NCBI GenBank assembly: GCA_041601995.1
Contig: JBFIHC010000001.1
Span: 31,468 to 95,467 of the forward strand
DNA from: Woeseiaceae bacterium
Lineage (GTDB): Bacteria; Pseudomonadota; Gammaproteobacteria; Steroidobacterales; Woeseiaceae
Length of the DNA: 64,000 nucleotides
Reading direction: 5' to 3'
Under the pieces are notes generated by a model. That model made no database searches. It was not told where the DNA came from and saw only the letters and a list, made by a program, of their open reading frames with translations. The translations under genes and the position numbers were made by a program. Below, in pieces: positions 18,695-28,424 of this stretch. Each line of letters begins with the position of its first letter. Position 1 is the first letter of the stretch.

Positions 18695-19587
18695 ACGTCG
18701 ATCCACGCAACCAGGACATCCTCGTGTACGTCAACGGCGAGTTGAAGCCTCGCAACGAGGCCCGGGTGTCCGTTTTCGACAGTGCCGTGCAGGGCGGCGA
18801 TGCGGTCTGGGAAGGCCTGCGCGTCTACAGCGGCAGAATCGCAGCGTTCTCCGCGCACCTGGCCCGCCTGCAGAACTCCGCCAAAGCCCTCGCCTTTGCG
18901 GCGGTGCCGACGAGCCAGGAAATTCGCGGCGCCGTCTTCGAGACGCTCAGGGCCAACGATATGCGCGACGGGGCGCACATCCGGCTCACGCTCACGCGCG
19001 GGGAAAAGATCACGTCCGGCATGAATCCGCGCCTGAACCAGTCGGGCTGCTCCCTGATCGTGCTCGCGGAGTGGAAGCCGCCGGTCTATTCCGACGAAGG
19101 AATTCGCGTCATTACCGCCTCGACCCGCCGCAATACCCCCTCGTGCCTCGATTCCAAGATTCATCACAACAATCTGCTCAACAACATACTCGCGGCGATC
19201 GAGGCAAACGTGGCCGGGGCCGACAGCGCTGTGATGCTCGACCTGCACGGCTTCCTATCGGAAACGAACGATACCAACATCTTCATGGTCAGGAGCGGCA
19301 CTGTCTGTACGCCGCACGCCGACGCCTGCCTGCCCGGACTGACGCGGCAGATGGTGATCGACATCTGTCGCGAACAGGGCATCCCCGTTACGGAACGGAA
19401 CCTGTCCCTCACGGAGCTGTATACCGCCGACGAAGCATTTACGACCGGAACCATGGGGGAACTGACACCCGTGCTTGAGGCCGACGGGCGCGTTATCGGT
19501 AACGGAACCGTCGGTGAGACGACCCGGCGGCTACAGAAGCTGCACCGGGAAGTGGCGTGGCGTGATGGAGAGGAAATCCCGTTCTGA
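18691..19587 (+). CDS. Aminotransferase class IV (branched-chain/D-amino-acid aminotransferase or ADC-lyase family)
   Basis: 298 aa. Fold-type IV PLP features: YVNGE...A.VSVFD..VQGGDAVWEGLRVY, THLTRGE-like LTLTRGE, NIFMVRSGTVCTP, GLTRQ, ADEAFTTGTMGE. Confidence 0.85.
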   Translation: MNVDPRNQDILVYVNGELKPRNEARVSVFDSAVQGGDAVWEGLRVYSGRIAAFSAHLARLQNSAKALAFAAVPTSQEIRGAVFETLRANDMRDGAHIRLTLTRGEKITSGMNPRLNQSGCSLIVLAEWKPPVYSDEGIRVITASTRRNTPSCLDSKIHHNNLLNNILAAIEANVAGADSAVMLDLHGFLSETNDTNIFMVRSGTVCTPHADACLPGLTRQMVIDICREQGIPVTERNLSLTELYTADEAFTTGTMGELTPVLEADGRVIGNGTVGETTRRLQKLHREVAWRDGEEIPF

Positions 19588-19588
19588 A

Positions 19589-21157
19589 TCAGTCGGACGC
19601 AAAATAACGGGCCAGGTACTCTTCGAAACTCGTATCGTCGGCGGCTTCGATTTCTCGCTGCCGGCGCACCGATTCCAGCGCCTCGTTCTGCATCTGTTGC
19701 GCACGTTCCGCGGGCATCGGCGCGATCGACGAGAAGTAGCGCTTGTGGCCGCGCGCCAACTCCAGCGCGAACTCGAAAAAGCTGGTCCGGGAGTCACGCA
19801 GCTCGTGTAACAGGCGCGCCGACGGCGTGCTGTCCGGTTCCGCGACGTGGGCTGCCGCCAGCGCAACCGCATCCCGGTAACTGCCGTCATCCCCGCTCCG
19901 GTCGATGAGTTCCGCCACCGCCGCTACCTTCTCGACGAGTTCCGCCGCCCACTTCGACAACGGGACCGGTTTGCCTCTGCGCCGAAGTTGCAGGCCGGGC
20001 TCCCTGCCCCGCTTCGCCGTCAGCGACTGGTTTTGTATTGCTTCCTCGAAAGACACGTCATCGAAAGGCGGGCTTTCCTCGAGCAGGCAGAAGACCAGGA
20101 ATGCCTCGATGAACCGCATCGTGTTCTGGTTGATACCCGCGGGATCAGATACGTTGAGGTCGAGGGAGCGTATTTCCACGTACTCGATTCCGCCGCGCCT
20201 GAGAGCGGCCGTCGGCCGTTCGCCTGACCGCGCGACCCGCTTCGGTCGGATCGGGCTGTAATACTCGTTTTCAATCTGCAATTTATTGGTATTGAGCTGC
20301 TGGTATTCGCCGTTCCTGATGACACCGATCTTCTCGTAGTCCGGCTCCGGAGTCCGGATCGCTTCGCTGAGATCGCGAATGTATTCGTCGAGCCGGTTCA
20401 GCGATATTTTGATACCGGCCTGCGTCTTGTTGTTGTAGCCGAGGTCACTCATGCGCAGCGACGTGCCGTAAGGTTCGTACCAGGTCTCTGCATTGAGCTC
20501 CGGCATCGACAGTGTCCTGCTGGCCCCGAACGACTTGCACAATGCCGGCGACGCGCCGAACAGGTACAGAACAATCCAGCCGTATCGTCGAAAATTACGG
20601 ACCAGGCCGAGATAGTGGGTAGAACGGAATTCGCAGACATCGACGCCCAGCTGGAGAATGTCCCGGTACCCCGTCCAGAAGGTCTCCGGCAGAGAATAGT
20701 TGAAATGCACACCCGCAATGGTCTGCATGGTGCGACCGTAGCGATGACCTAGACCGCGGCGGTAAACGGTCTTCATGCGGCCCACGTTGGAGTTCCCGTA
20801 TCGCGCCAGCGGTATTTCCGCGTCATTCGGCAAGCGGCAGGGCATGCTGGCGCACCATAGTAATTCGTCGCCCAGTTGCTCATAGGTGAACTGGTGTATG
20901 TCACAGATCACCTGCAAGGCTTCCCAGGTGCTGCCGAGTGCCGGCGTGACGAACTCGAGCAGTGCTTCGGAGAAATCGGTCGTGATGAAACGATTGGTGA
21001 GTGCGGATCCGAGGCCCTGTGGATGCGGCGTCTGCGCCAGATACCCGTCGGAAGTTACGCGCAGTGATTCCTTCTCGACACCCCGCTTACCGCCGGCTAC
21101 GGAAACGTCACCACGACTCGACAGGGCGGCGAGGCGCTGCTCAAACACCTGATTCAT
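19589..21157 (-). CDS. gshA: Glutamate--cysteine ligase
   Basis: About 522 aa from ATG 21157 (MNQVFEQRLAAL...GVEKESLRV). Size and motifs match proteobacterial GshA. Confidence 0.9.
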   Translation of the reverse strand: MNQVFEQRLAALSSRGDVSVAGGKRGVEKESLRVTSDGYLAQTPHPQGLGSALTNRFITTDFSEALLEFVTPALGSTWEALQVICDIHQFTYEQLGDELLWCASMPCRLPNDAEIPLARYGNSNVGRMKTVYRRGLGHRYGRTMQTIAGVHFNYSLPETFWTGYRDILQLGVDVCEFRSTHYLGLVRNFRRYGWIVLYLFGASPALCKSFGASRTLSMPELNAETWYEPYGTSLRMSDLGYNNKTQAGIKISLNRLDEYIRDLSEAIRTPEPDYEKIGVIRNGEYQQLNTNKLQIENEYYSPIRPKRVARSGERPTAALRRGGIEYVEIRSLDLNVSDPAGINQNTMRFIEAFLVFCLLEESPPFDDVSFEEAIQNQSLTAKRGREPGLQLRRRGKPVPLSKWAAELVEKVAAVAELIDRSGDDGSYRDAVALAAAHVAEPDSTPSARLLHELRDSRTSFFEFALELARGHKRYFSSIAPMPAERAQQMQNEALESVRRQREIEAADDTSFEEYLARYFASD

Positions 21158-21334
21158 AAGGAGCGTTTTACCACAAGCTTCGCTGACGCGCTGTATCCGC
21201 AAACGACCGCCAATGAACCCTTACACGCCCCCCCGGTCCAATGAAATCATGGGCAGCGTCGCGTGCGCTGCGAATCCTCCGGAAATGCGCTACGGTATGC
21301 GTATTGCGCGATAGCCCGGCTTTCGAAGGCGACG

Positions 21335-21721
21335 ATGAATTTGCTTGCGCCAACATCCATGGGACCCGCACTGCTGGCTGCGCTGCTGCTGCTTTCAGCA
21401 GATCCCGCGCTGGCGTTTCGCTGCGGCACCAAGATCGTCCGCGACGGCATGCACGAGCAACAGGTCATCGCGGCCTGCGGTGAACCGACGACCGTCAGGC
21501 TCCTGGGGCACACGGTACGTGCCTACGACTATCGTTTCCGCTTGCGCAACCCGGGTCTCATTTACTACCGGACTCCCGGCGTCGGGCATTTTGCGACGGA
21601 GGTCGTCGTCACCGAGTTCGTCTACAACTTCGGCCCACGCAAACTCATGCGTCGGCTCATTTTCGAGGGCAGCGTACTCGTGGAGATCGAGACGATCGGC
21701 TACGGTTATATCGAGAAGTAG
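21335..21721 (+). CDS. DUF2845-like small secreted protein
   Basis: Signal peptide MNLLAPTSMGPALLAALLLLSADPALA followed by FRCGTKIVRDGMHEQQVIAACGEP, a pattern I recall for DUF2845. Confidence 0.6.
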   Translation: MNLLAPTSMGPALLAALLLLSADPALAFRCGTKIVRDGMHEQQVIAACGEPTTVRLLGHTVRAYDYRFRLRNPGLIYYRTPGVGHFATEVVVTEFVYNFGPRKLMRRLIFEGSVLVEIETIGYGYIEK

Positions 21722-21822
21722 CGCAGAACCGTTAAACAATTATTCCGGATCGCTGACAAGCCTGTGTAAACGCAGGTAACATGCGCGCTGACACCTGCCG
21801 CTCACCTCGGAGTTCGAGAAAC

Positions 21823-22224
21823 ATGAATGAGACCCGCCGTCGACGAATCCGCGATCGTTCTTCCGGTACCGCCACACTCATCAGCGAGGGCTGCCGGGTT
21901 TCGGGCGTGATAACCGGCAACTGCGACTTCCAGGTCAACGGCGAAGTGGAAGGGGACTGTGAGATCGACAGCACGCTGATGCTCGCGAAGAGCGGGCTCT
22001 GGAAGGGTACGATACAGGCGGCAAATGTCATCGTTTCCGGCCATGTCGAGGGCGACATCATCGCCTCCGGTCGCGTCGAGATTACGGATACCGCGAGAAT
22101 CACCGGGACGGTATCGGCCAACGCCATTGCGGTGGCCGAGGGCGCCGTTGTCGAAGGCGTGATGAAGACCACCAGCCAGCCGGAGCCGACCGGGTTCATC
22201 GAGAAGCGCCAACCCGACGCCTGA
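21823..22224 (+). CDS. Bactofilin-family (polymer-forming cytoskeletal) protein
   Basis: Repetitive beta-helix pattern ISEGCRVSGVITGNCDFQVNGEVEGDCEIDS...VIVSGHVEGDIIASGRVEITDTARITGTVSANAIAVAEGAVVEG. An alternative start is at 21781. Confidence 0.8.
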   Translation: MNETRRRRIRDRSSGTATLISEGCRVSGVITGNCDFQVNGEVEGDCEIDSTLMLAKSGLWKGTIQAANVIVSGHVEGDIIASGRVEITDTARITGTVSANAIAVAEGAVVEGVMKTTSQPEPTGFIEKRQPDA

Positions 22225-22262
22225 TTCGGCTGACCGGGCCATTTGTTTCTTGTGAAATCTTT

Positions 22263-22285
22263 TGCGCCGCAAAAGGCGGCGCAAC
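22263..22285 (+). terminator. GC-rich hairpin, possibly a terminator or attenuating structure
   Basis: ttgcgccgc-aaaag-gcggcgcaa forms a 9-bp stem. No clear U-tract follows on either strand. Confidence 0.3.
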
Positions 22286-22385
22286 TATTGCACGAGTGCT
22301 AAACTCTCTGCAAAAGAACAAATCACCGTGCTCGGCCCCTGTCGGCCGCTACGCTCGGCGCCCTTATTCGCAAGAAAGCAAGGCG

Positions 22386-24434
22386 ATGATCGACTGTAAT
22401 TCGTTCCGGAAGACTGTGCTGGCACAGGCCGTTCCACGGCTGGCGTGGGGCATCGCCGTACTGCTGTTGCCGTTTGTCGCCGCGGCACAGGCAACGGAAA
22501 ACAGCATGACGATGAGCTTCGTATGGGTCGAGGTATTCTCCGCCCTGGTATTGCTGTTGTCGGGCATAGCGATCTGGATCATCGCACACAACCAGACGAA
22601 ACGAATCCGGGAACTGAAACGCGAAGCCGAGAAGCTCCGCAACGCCGACTTCGGCGAGCCGCTGCGCGTCCAGCCGGGCGAACTCGGTGAACTCGCCGCC
22701 GTGTTCAACGACATGCGAGACAAGCTCAAGGCGACGACGATTTCACGCGATTACGTCGACAGCATCCTCTGCAGCATGAACGATGCCCTCATCGTCACGG
22801 CAAGCGACGGCACGATCAAGCGTGTCAACAAGGCAACCTCGCACCTCCTCGGCTACCAGGAACGAGAACTCCTGGGCAAGTCCATAGACGAGATCGTGAA
22901 CACGGCAAGGAGCGAATCGCTCGTCGGGCAAAAGCCTTCTGGCCTGCCTCGCGAGGCTTTCTTCGAAAGCAAGCTCGGCGAGTCCATTCCGGTTTCCTAC
23001 ACCTGCTCCTTCCTGGGGGGCAAGGAGGCCGAGTCCGGCGACCGGATCTATGGGGCACAGAACATAACGGAGCGACGGCGCGCAGAGAAACGCATCCGTT
23101 ACCTCGCGCGAATCGACGCGTTGACCAAGATACCGAACCGAATGCAGTTCCAGCATCTTCTGCAGCGGTGTATTGCCCGGGCGCGCAGGAGCGGTAAACC
23201 TCTCTGCCTGTTCTATATCGACATCGACGCGTTCAAGGAAATCAACGACACGTTCGGGCACCTCGCCGGCGACACCACGCTGGAGACCGTGGCGGAGCGC
23301 CTGAGCGCGGCGCTGCCCGATGACTCCATTATAGGCAGGCTGGCTGGCGACGAATTTGCCGTTATCCTGGACGGGCTCGGCCCGGACGACAGTGGCAGGC
23401 CGCGGACCGACGGCCTCGCGCAGCTTTTGCTGGACAGGCTTGCAGATCCTTTCTTCGTTCAGGGGCACGAGGTTTTCATGACCGCGAGCCTGGGCATTGC
23501 TTACTATCCGAAGGACGCGCCGAACGTCATTGATCTGATTCGCAACGCCGACGCAGCTCTCTATCATGCCAAGAAGTCCGGCGGCAATGTGTACTCCTAC
23601 TACGAACCGACGATGAACGAAGCAGCCGTCGAACGCCTGATGACCAAGAGCCGGCTGAAGCGCTCGTTCGAGCGCGATGAACTGCTGGTCCATTACCAGC
23701 CCAAATACAACCTGGAAACCGGCGAGGTATTTGGCGCCGAAGCGCTGGTGCGATGGGAGTTGCCCGAGAGGGGCATGATCCTGCCGTCCGATTTCATCCC
23801 GATCGCTGAAGAGACGAATCTCATCATCGAGATCGGGGAATGGGTACTGGATAAGGTATGCGAGGACTTCCGCTACTGGCAGCGATCAGTATCTTCGCCC
23901 GGTCGCGTTTCGGTCAACCTGTCGCTGAAACAGTTGCGGCAGCCGAACTTCACGCGTCGAATCAGCTCGATTCTGCGCAGCTACGAAGTTTCGCCCACTT
24001 CGCTTGAGCTGGAGATAACGGAAACGACGCTCATGGAGAATCCCGAGCGTACGATAAAGCTACTCGACCAGCTGTATGCTCTCGGCCTGCACCTTGCGAT
24101 CGACGATTTCGGCACCGGTTATTCCTCGCTGAGTGCGTTGCAGCAGTTTCCGATAAGCACGCTCAAGATCGACAAATCATTCGTGCGTCACATCTCCACG
24201 AATCCCGACGATGCGACGATCGTGAGCACGATCGTCCAGATGGGGCGCAACCTGGAGATGGACGTCGTCGCCGAGGGCGTTGAGAGCGAGGATCAGCTCG
24301 CCTTCCTGCAGAAACTCGGCTGCACCTACGTTCAGGGCCTGTTGTTCGGCGATCCCATGAGCTCAGACAGCTACCTCGAGCTTCTTCTCGCACAGGCCGA
24401 AGGCACTGACAGCCACCGCGCACTTTTTGCCTGA
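22386..24434 (+). CDS. Membrane-bound HAMP-PAS-GGDEF-EAL c-di-GMP signalling protein
   Basis: Two N-terminal TMs, HAMP (ELAAVFNDMRDKL), PAS, a GGDEF domain with an AGDEF variant site (GRLAGDEFAV), and an EAL domain (GAEALVRW, DDFGTGYSSL, KIDKSF, EGVE). The start is uncertain; the track ORF starts at 22296. Confidence 0.9.
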   Translation: MIDCNSFRKTVLAQAVPRLAWGIAVLLLPFVAAAQATENSMTMSFVWVEVFSALVLLLSGIAIWIIAHNQTKRIRELKREAEKLRNADFGEPLRVQPGELGELAAVFNDMRDKLKATTISRDYVDSILCSMNDALIVTASDGTIKRVNKATSHLLGYQERELLGKSIDEIVNTARSESLVGQKPSGLPREAFFESKLGESIPVSYTCSFLGGKEAESGDRIYGAQNITERRRAEKRIRYLARIDALTKIPNRMQFQHLLQRCIARARRSGKPLCLFYIDIDAFKEINDTFGHLAGDTTLETVAERLSAALPDDSIIGRLAGDEFAVILDGLGPDDSGRPRTDGLAQLLLDRLADPFFVQGHEVFMTASLGIAYYPKDAPNVIDLIRNADAALYHAKKSGGNVYSYYEPTMNEAAVERLMTKSRLKRSFERDELLVHYQPKYNLETGEVFGAEALVRWELPERGMILPSDFIPIAEETNLIIEIGEWVLDKVCEDFRYWQRSVSSPGRVSVNLSLKQLRQPNFTRRISSILRSYEVSPTSLELEITETTLMENPERTIKLLDQLYALGLHLAIDDFGTGYSSLSALQQFPISTLKIDKSFVRHISTNPDDATIVSTIVQMGRNLEMDVVAEGVESEDQLAFLQKLGCTYVQGLLFGDPMSSDSYLELLLAQAEGTDSHRALFA

Positions 24435-24539
24435 CAGAGCAACGCTTTCACTGCCCTCGGACATCATGCTTAAATACGCTATCCGATCAACGGGGCACAG
24501 CGCACAGTACCAGAACCCCTGAACGCCGGAAGTGACCTG

Positions 24540-24905
24540 ATGAAGAACCTGACAAGCACCGTAATCGCAGCCGTCCTCCTAGCCACGCCGGTAGCCGGAT
24601 TCGCGTGCGAATACCCTGAACGGCCGGCGCTTCCCGAAGGAAGTACGGCAACCAAACCAGAGATGATCGCCGCACAGACCGCCGTCAAGGCGTTTCTCTC
24701 ATCGATAGATGCGTATCTCGACTGCATCGAGCAGGAAGAGAAAGACGCCATTGCCGCCATGGAAAACCCGGACGAAGAAACCATCAAGCGCCGCGACGAG
24801 TTACTGTCAAAGCGTTTCGATGCGGCAAATGAAGAAAAATTCCTGTTTGGTGAGCAATGGAACCAGCAAGTCCGCGCCTATAACGCCCAGAAAGCCGAGC
24901 AATAA
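24540..24905 (+). CDS. Hypothetical secreted helical protein
   Basis: 121 aa. Signal peptide MKNLTSTVIAAVLLATPVAGFA, then a charged helical mature part. Confidence 0.6.
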   Translation: MKNLTSTVIAAVLLATPVAGFACEYPERPALPEGSTATKPEMIAAQTAVKAFLSSIDAYLDCIEQEEKDAIAAMENPDEETIKRRDELLSKRFDAANEEKFLFGEQWNQQVRAYNAQKAEQ

Positions 24906-24917
24906 CCGGCGCAGGGC

Positions 24918-25376
24918 CTACCAACGATATTTTCGGAAGTTCTGCGGATTGGCCCAGTCCGATGGATTGTTCCAATCGCGCGGCTGGTTGAAGACGTCCG
25001 GATCGAATAGATAACAGCTCCCTTCGATCGACGGGAGCTGCGCCGCCAGGAAACCCAGTGATCGAAGCTCGTCAGGCTTCCATCCCCCGCCGGTATCCAC
25101 AAGCAGGACCTTATCGCAGTGCACATCCCGAAGACGCGACAGGAGCTGCTCCGCGCTGCTGCGAGACATGAATTCGAGGGGCGCAACGACAATACCGAGC
25201 TCCACCTTCAACGATTGCGGCAGCTCATCCGCGCCGGACAGCGATTCGTAAGTCTGCTCGATGCCGACTCCCGGCACCTCCGAATCGGTCATGCCGACGA
25301 CCACCAGGCTCGGGTTACGCTCGCCAAACCCGAGGTCTTCGAGTATTGACGCGATGCGCGGTATCTGCCGGATCAT
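24918..25376 (-). CDS. Hypothetical protein, last gene of the psp operon
   Basis: 152 aa, starting 3 nt after the upstream gene. C-terminal WNNPSDWANPQNFRKYRW motif. I can assign no family with confidence. Confidence 0.6.
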   Translation of the reverse strand: MIRQIPRIASILEDLGFGERNPSLVVVGMTDSEVPGVGIEQTYESLSGADELPQSLKVELGIVVAPLEFMSRSSAEQLLSRLRDVHCDKVLLVDTGGGWKPDELRSLGFLAAQLPSIEGSCYLFDPDVFNQPRDWNNPSDWANPQNFRKYRW

Positions 25377-25379
25377 GCG

Positions 25380-25604
25380 TCAGAGCTTATTGATCTCGTC
25401 ACGAAGATCAAACTTGTTTTCCGTAACGATCCTCTCCAACACCCTGATCCGTTCTTCCAGCGCATCGAGCTGCGCCTGTGTCTCCTCCGCCTGTGCGCTC
25501 CTGTTTTCTTTTCGGTGGCGCAGCTTGAGGTACTGCTGCACCGTGTTCGCGGCGAGCACGATCGCAACGATACAGACCACATAAAACATCGTGTTCATCA
25601 ACAC
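25380..25604 (-). CDS. PspB-like small membrane protein (second copy)
   Basis: 74 aa. One N-terminal TM, then LDALEERIRVLERIV, which mirrors the LEERIETLERIL of the PspB upstream. Confidence 0.55.
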   Translation of the reverse strand: MLMNTMFYVVCIVAIVLAANTVQQYLKLRHRKENRSAQAEETQAQLDALEERIRVLERIVTENKFDLRDEINKL

Positions 25605-25624
25605 ATCCCCTGGTTGCCGCCCGA

Positions 25625-26014
25625 TCAGTCCTTCAGCCTGTCAAATTCACGGTCCAGCTGGTAACGCGACGACGTCACGTACTTCTCGAGGCGCGCAAGA
25701 CGCCGATCCAGCGATTTGAACCGGCTGCGTACATCGCTCATGGTCTGCGAGGGCGAGGAGCGTACCGCCCTGTGGAACTCCGGGTCGACGGGCCGCGAAT
25801 AATCACGCCTGGAGGCGCTGGGAATCAGGATTACGAGCGCCAGGTAGCCGATTATCGTTACCGGCATGGTAAAAAAGGCAATGACCGCCAGTAATCGCGT
25901 TGCCCCCAAATTGAAACCGAAGTAATCGGCGATACCCGCGCAGACGCCGCCAAGCATCGCCTTGTCGGCATTACGGTAGAAACGTCGCTCCGACATGGAA
26001 GTCTCGCTGCTCAT
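25625..26014 (-). CDS. pspC: Envelope stress response membrane protein PspC
   Basis: PspC domain RFYRNADKAMLGGVCAGIADYFGFN, a TM, and a C-terminal coiled/zipper region (LDRRLARLEKYV). ATGA overlap with the upstream gene when the start is taken at 26014. Confidence 0.8.
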   Translation of the reverse strand: MSSETSMSERRFYRNADKAMLGGVCAGIADYFGFNLGATRLLAVIAFFTMPVTIIGYLALVILIPSASRRDYSRPVDPEFHRAVRSSPSQTMSDVRSRFKSLDRRLARLEKYVTSSRYQLDREFDRLKD

Positions 26015-26304
26015 TCTTCCCTCCATTGCCGCCTGCGTTCACGGCGCCAGAATTCATACTCCGAACGCAAACCGGAATAGATCAGCGGTTTTTCCTTTAT
26101 CAAAAGGGCCGCTGCAATATAGACGACCACGGTCAACCAGAAGAATACGAGCAGGCTGATCACCGCCAGGACCCGTACCGCCCCGACCTGCAAATTGAAA
26201 CGATCGGCCAGTCCTGCGCAAACGCCGAATATCCAGCCGTTCTCCCGATCGCGGTAGAAACCTCGGAATGGACCGTAGTCGATATTCCAGGTGCCTTGCG
26301 TCAT
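26011..26304 (-). CDS. PspC-domain membrane protein (short paralog)
   Basis: 97 aa. GFYRDRENGWIFGVCAGLADRFNL plus one TM. It starts directly after the pspB stop. Confidence 0.75.
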   Translation of the reverse strand: MTQGTWNIDYGPFRGFYRDRENGWIFGVCAGLADRFNLQVGAVRVLAVISLLVFFWLTVVVYIAAALLIKEKPLIYSGLRSEYEFWRRERRRQWREE

Positions 26305-26532
26305 TTATTGTCTCCTGTGTGTCGTTGAATCATCGTCGTCCAGAATCCGCTCCAGGGTCTCTATGCGCTCCTCGAGGCGCTGCGACAGCGTCCACAGCTC
26401 CTCCAGCATCCGCTCGTCATCGCCCGAGATCTCACGTGTCTGCTTCCACTTCGTGATGAAATAGAAAATGACGATAATCGGCGCAAGGACCGTCAGGAAC
26501 AGGATGACTGCGAGAGTCATGAGTGCATACAT
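26305..26532 (-). CDS. pspB: Envelope stress response membrane protein PspB
   Basis: 75 aa. N-terminal TM, then DDERMLEELWTLSQRLEERIETLERILDDDD, typical of PspB. Confidence 0.8.
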   Translation of the reverse strand: MYALMTLAVILFLTVLAPIIVIFYFITKWKQTREISGDDERMLEELWTLSQRLEERIETLERILDDDDSTTHRRQ

Positions 26533-26538
26533 GCTCGC

Positions 26539-27225
26539 TTACTCCGCATCCGGGGCTGACCGTGATTCACCCTGTACGCGGCGTTTCAGTGCATCGAGCT
26601 CCTTCTGTACGGACTCTTCCGCTTCCAGGCTTGCGAATTCGTGGTTCAGGTCCTTGGGCAGGCCAAGATCGTAGGCCTCGATACGTCCCTCGACGTCATC
26701 GATGCGTCGCGTGTATTGCTCGAAGCGAACCATTGCATCGTCGATTTTGTAGTCGTGGATCTTTTTGCGGGCCGCGAGCCGGCTGTTGGCCGGTTTGTGT
26801 CTTGCGAGCAGCGCTTTCTGACGCGCCTTGGCATCCTGCAGCTTCGCTTCCAGGCGCGCGATGTCATCGTTCAGTTTGGCGAGCCCGTCGTCCACGGCCG
26901 CGTAATCCGATTTGACGGCATCGGCAGCCGCCTGCACGCGCGATTTTTCAACCAGCGCCGCCTTGGCCAGGTCCTCCCGTCCTTTGCGCAGCGCCAGCTC
27001 GGCTTTTTCGTCCCAATCCTCAATCTCGGACTCGAGGGACTCGAGCTTGCGATTCAGGTCCTTCTTGTCGGCGATCGACCGCGCAGCCGCGGAGCGCACC
27101 TCGACGAGCGTGTCCTCCATTTCCTGGATCATCAGCCGGACGATCTTTTCGGGATCCTCTGCCTTGTCCAGGATCGCGTTGATATTGGAGTTCACGATGT
27201 CGCTGAATCTCGTGAAAATACCCAT
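26539..27225 (-). CDS. pspA: Phage shock protein A
   Basis: Start at ATG 27225 with an AGAGGA RBS. MGIFTRFSDIVNSNINAILDKAEDPEKIVRLMIQEMEDTLVEVR is the canonical PspA/IM30 N-terminus. Confidence 0.93.
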   Translation of the reverse strand: MGIFTRFSDIVNSNINAILDKAEDPEKIVRLMIQEMEDTLVEVRSAAARSIADKKDLNRKLESLESEIEDWDEKAELALRKGREDLAKAALVEKSRVQAAADAVKSDYAAVDDGLAKLNDDIARLEAKLQDAKARQKALLARHKPANSRLAARKKIHDYKIDDAMVRFEQYTRRIDDVEGRIEAYDLGLPKDLNHEFASLEAEESVQKELDALKRRVQGESRSAPDAE

Positions 27226-27263
27226 GATGTGTCCTCTTGATGGCATGAATGTCACCAACATTC

Positions 27264-27281
27264 TTGCAGAAACCGTGCCAA
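27264..27281 (-). promoter_or_regulatory. Sigma-54 (-24/-12) promoter of pspA
   Basis: The minus strand reads TTGGCACGGTTTCTGCAAG, matching TGGCAC-N5-TTGCW. It lies about 40 nt upstream of the pspA start, and the sigma54 activator pspF is divergent. Confidence 0.8.
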
Positions 27282-27335
27282 CCGCCCCGATCTTCATTAA
27301 TCATAGATGTTTCAGTTGATTAGCTTCGCTCGGCC

Positions 27336-27413
27336 GTGCTCGATCAGCACCCCTAGATTGGTGCAATACACCAGCTATTGGCGTTTTCCGCCAATCTATG
27401 GCTGAATACGCCA

Positions 27414-27415
<2 letters not shown>
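27336..27415. promoter_or_regulatory. Candidate PspF upstream activating sites and pspF promoter region
   Basis: Inverted repeats GTGCT-cgatc-AGCAC (27336..27350), TTGGTG-caata-CACCAG (27358..27374) and ATTGGCG-ttttc-CGCCAAT (27377..27395), plus another CGCCAAT at 27409. Confidence 0.4.

Positions 27416-28424
<1,009 letters not shown>

Noticed and set aside
23320-23350. The AGDEF variant of the GGDEF active site (GRLAGDEFAV) as a sign of an inactive cyclase
   Set aside because: From memory, AGDEF variants can retain diguanylate cyclase activity, and the EAL domain looks intact. The sequence alone does not support calling the protein degenerate.
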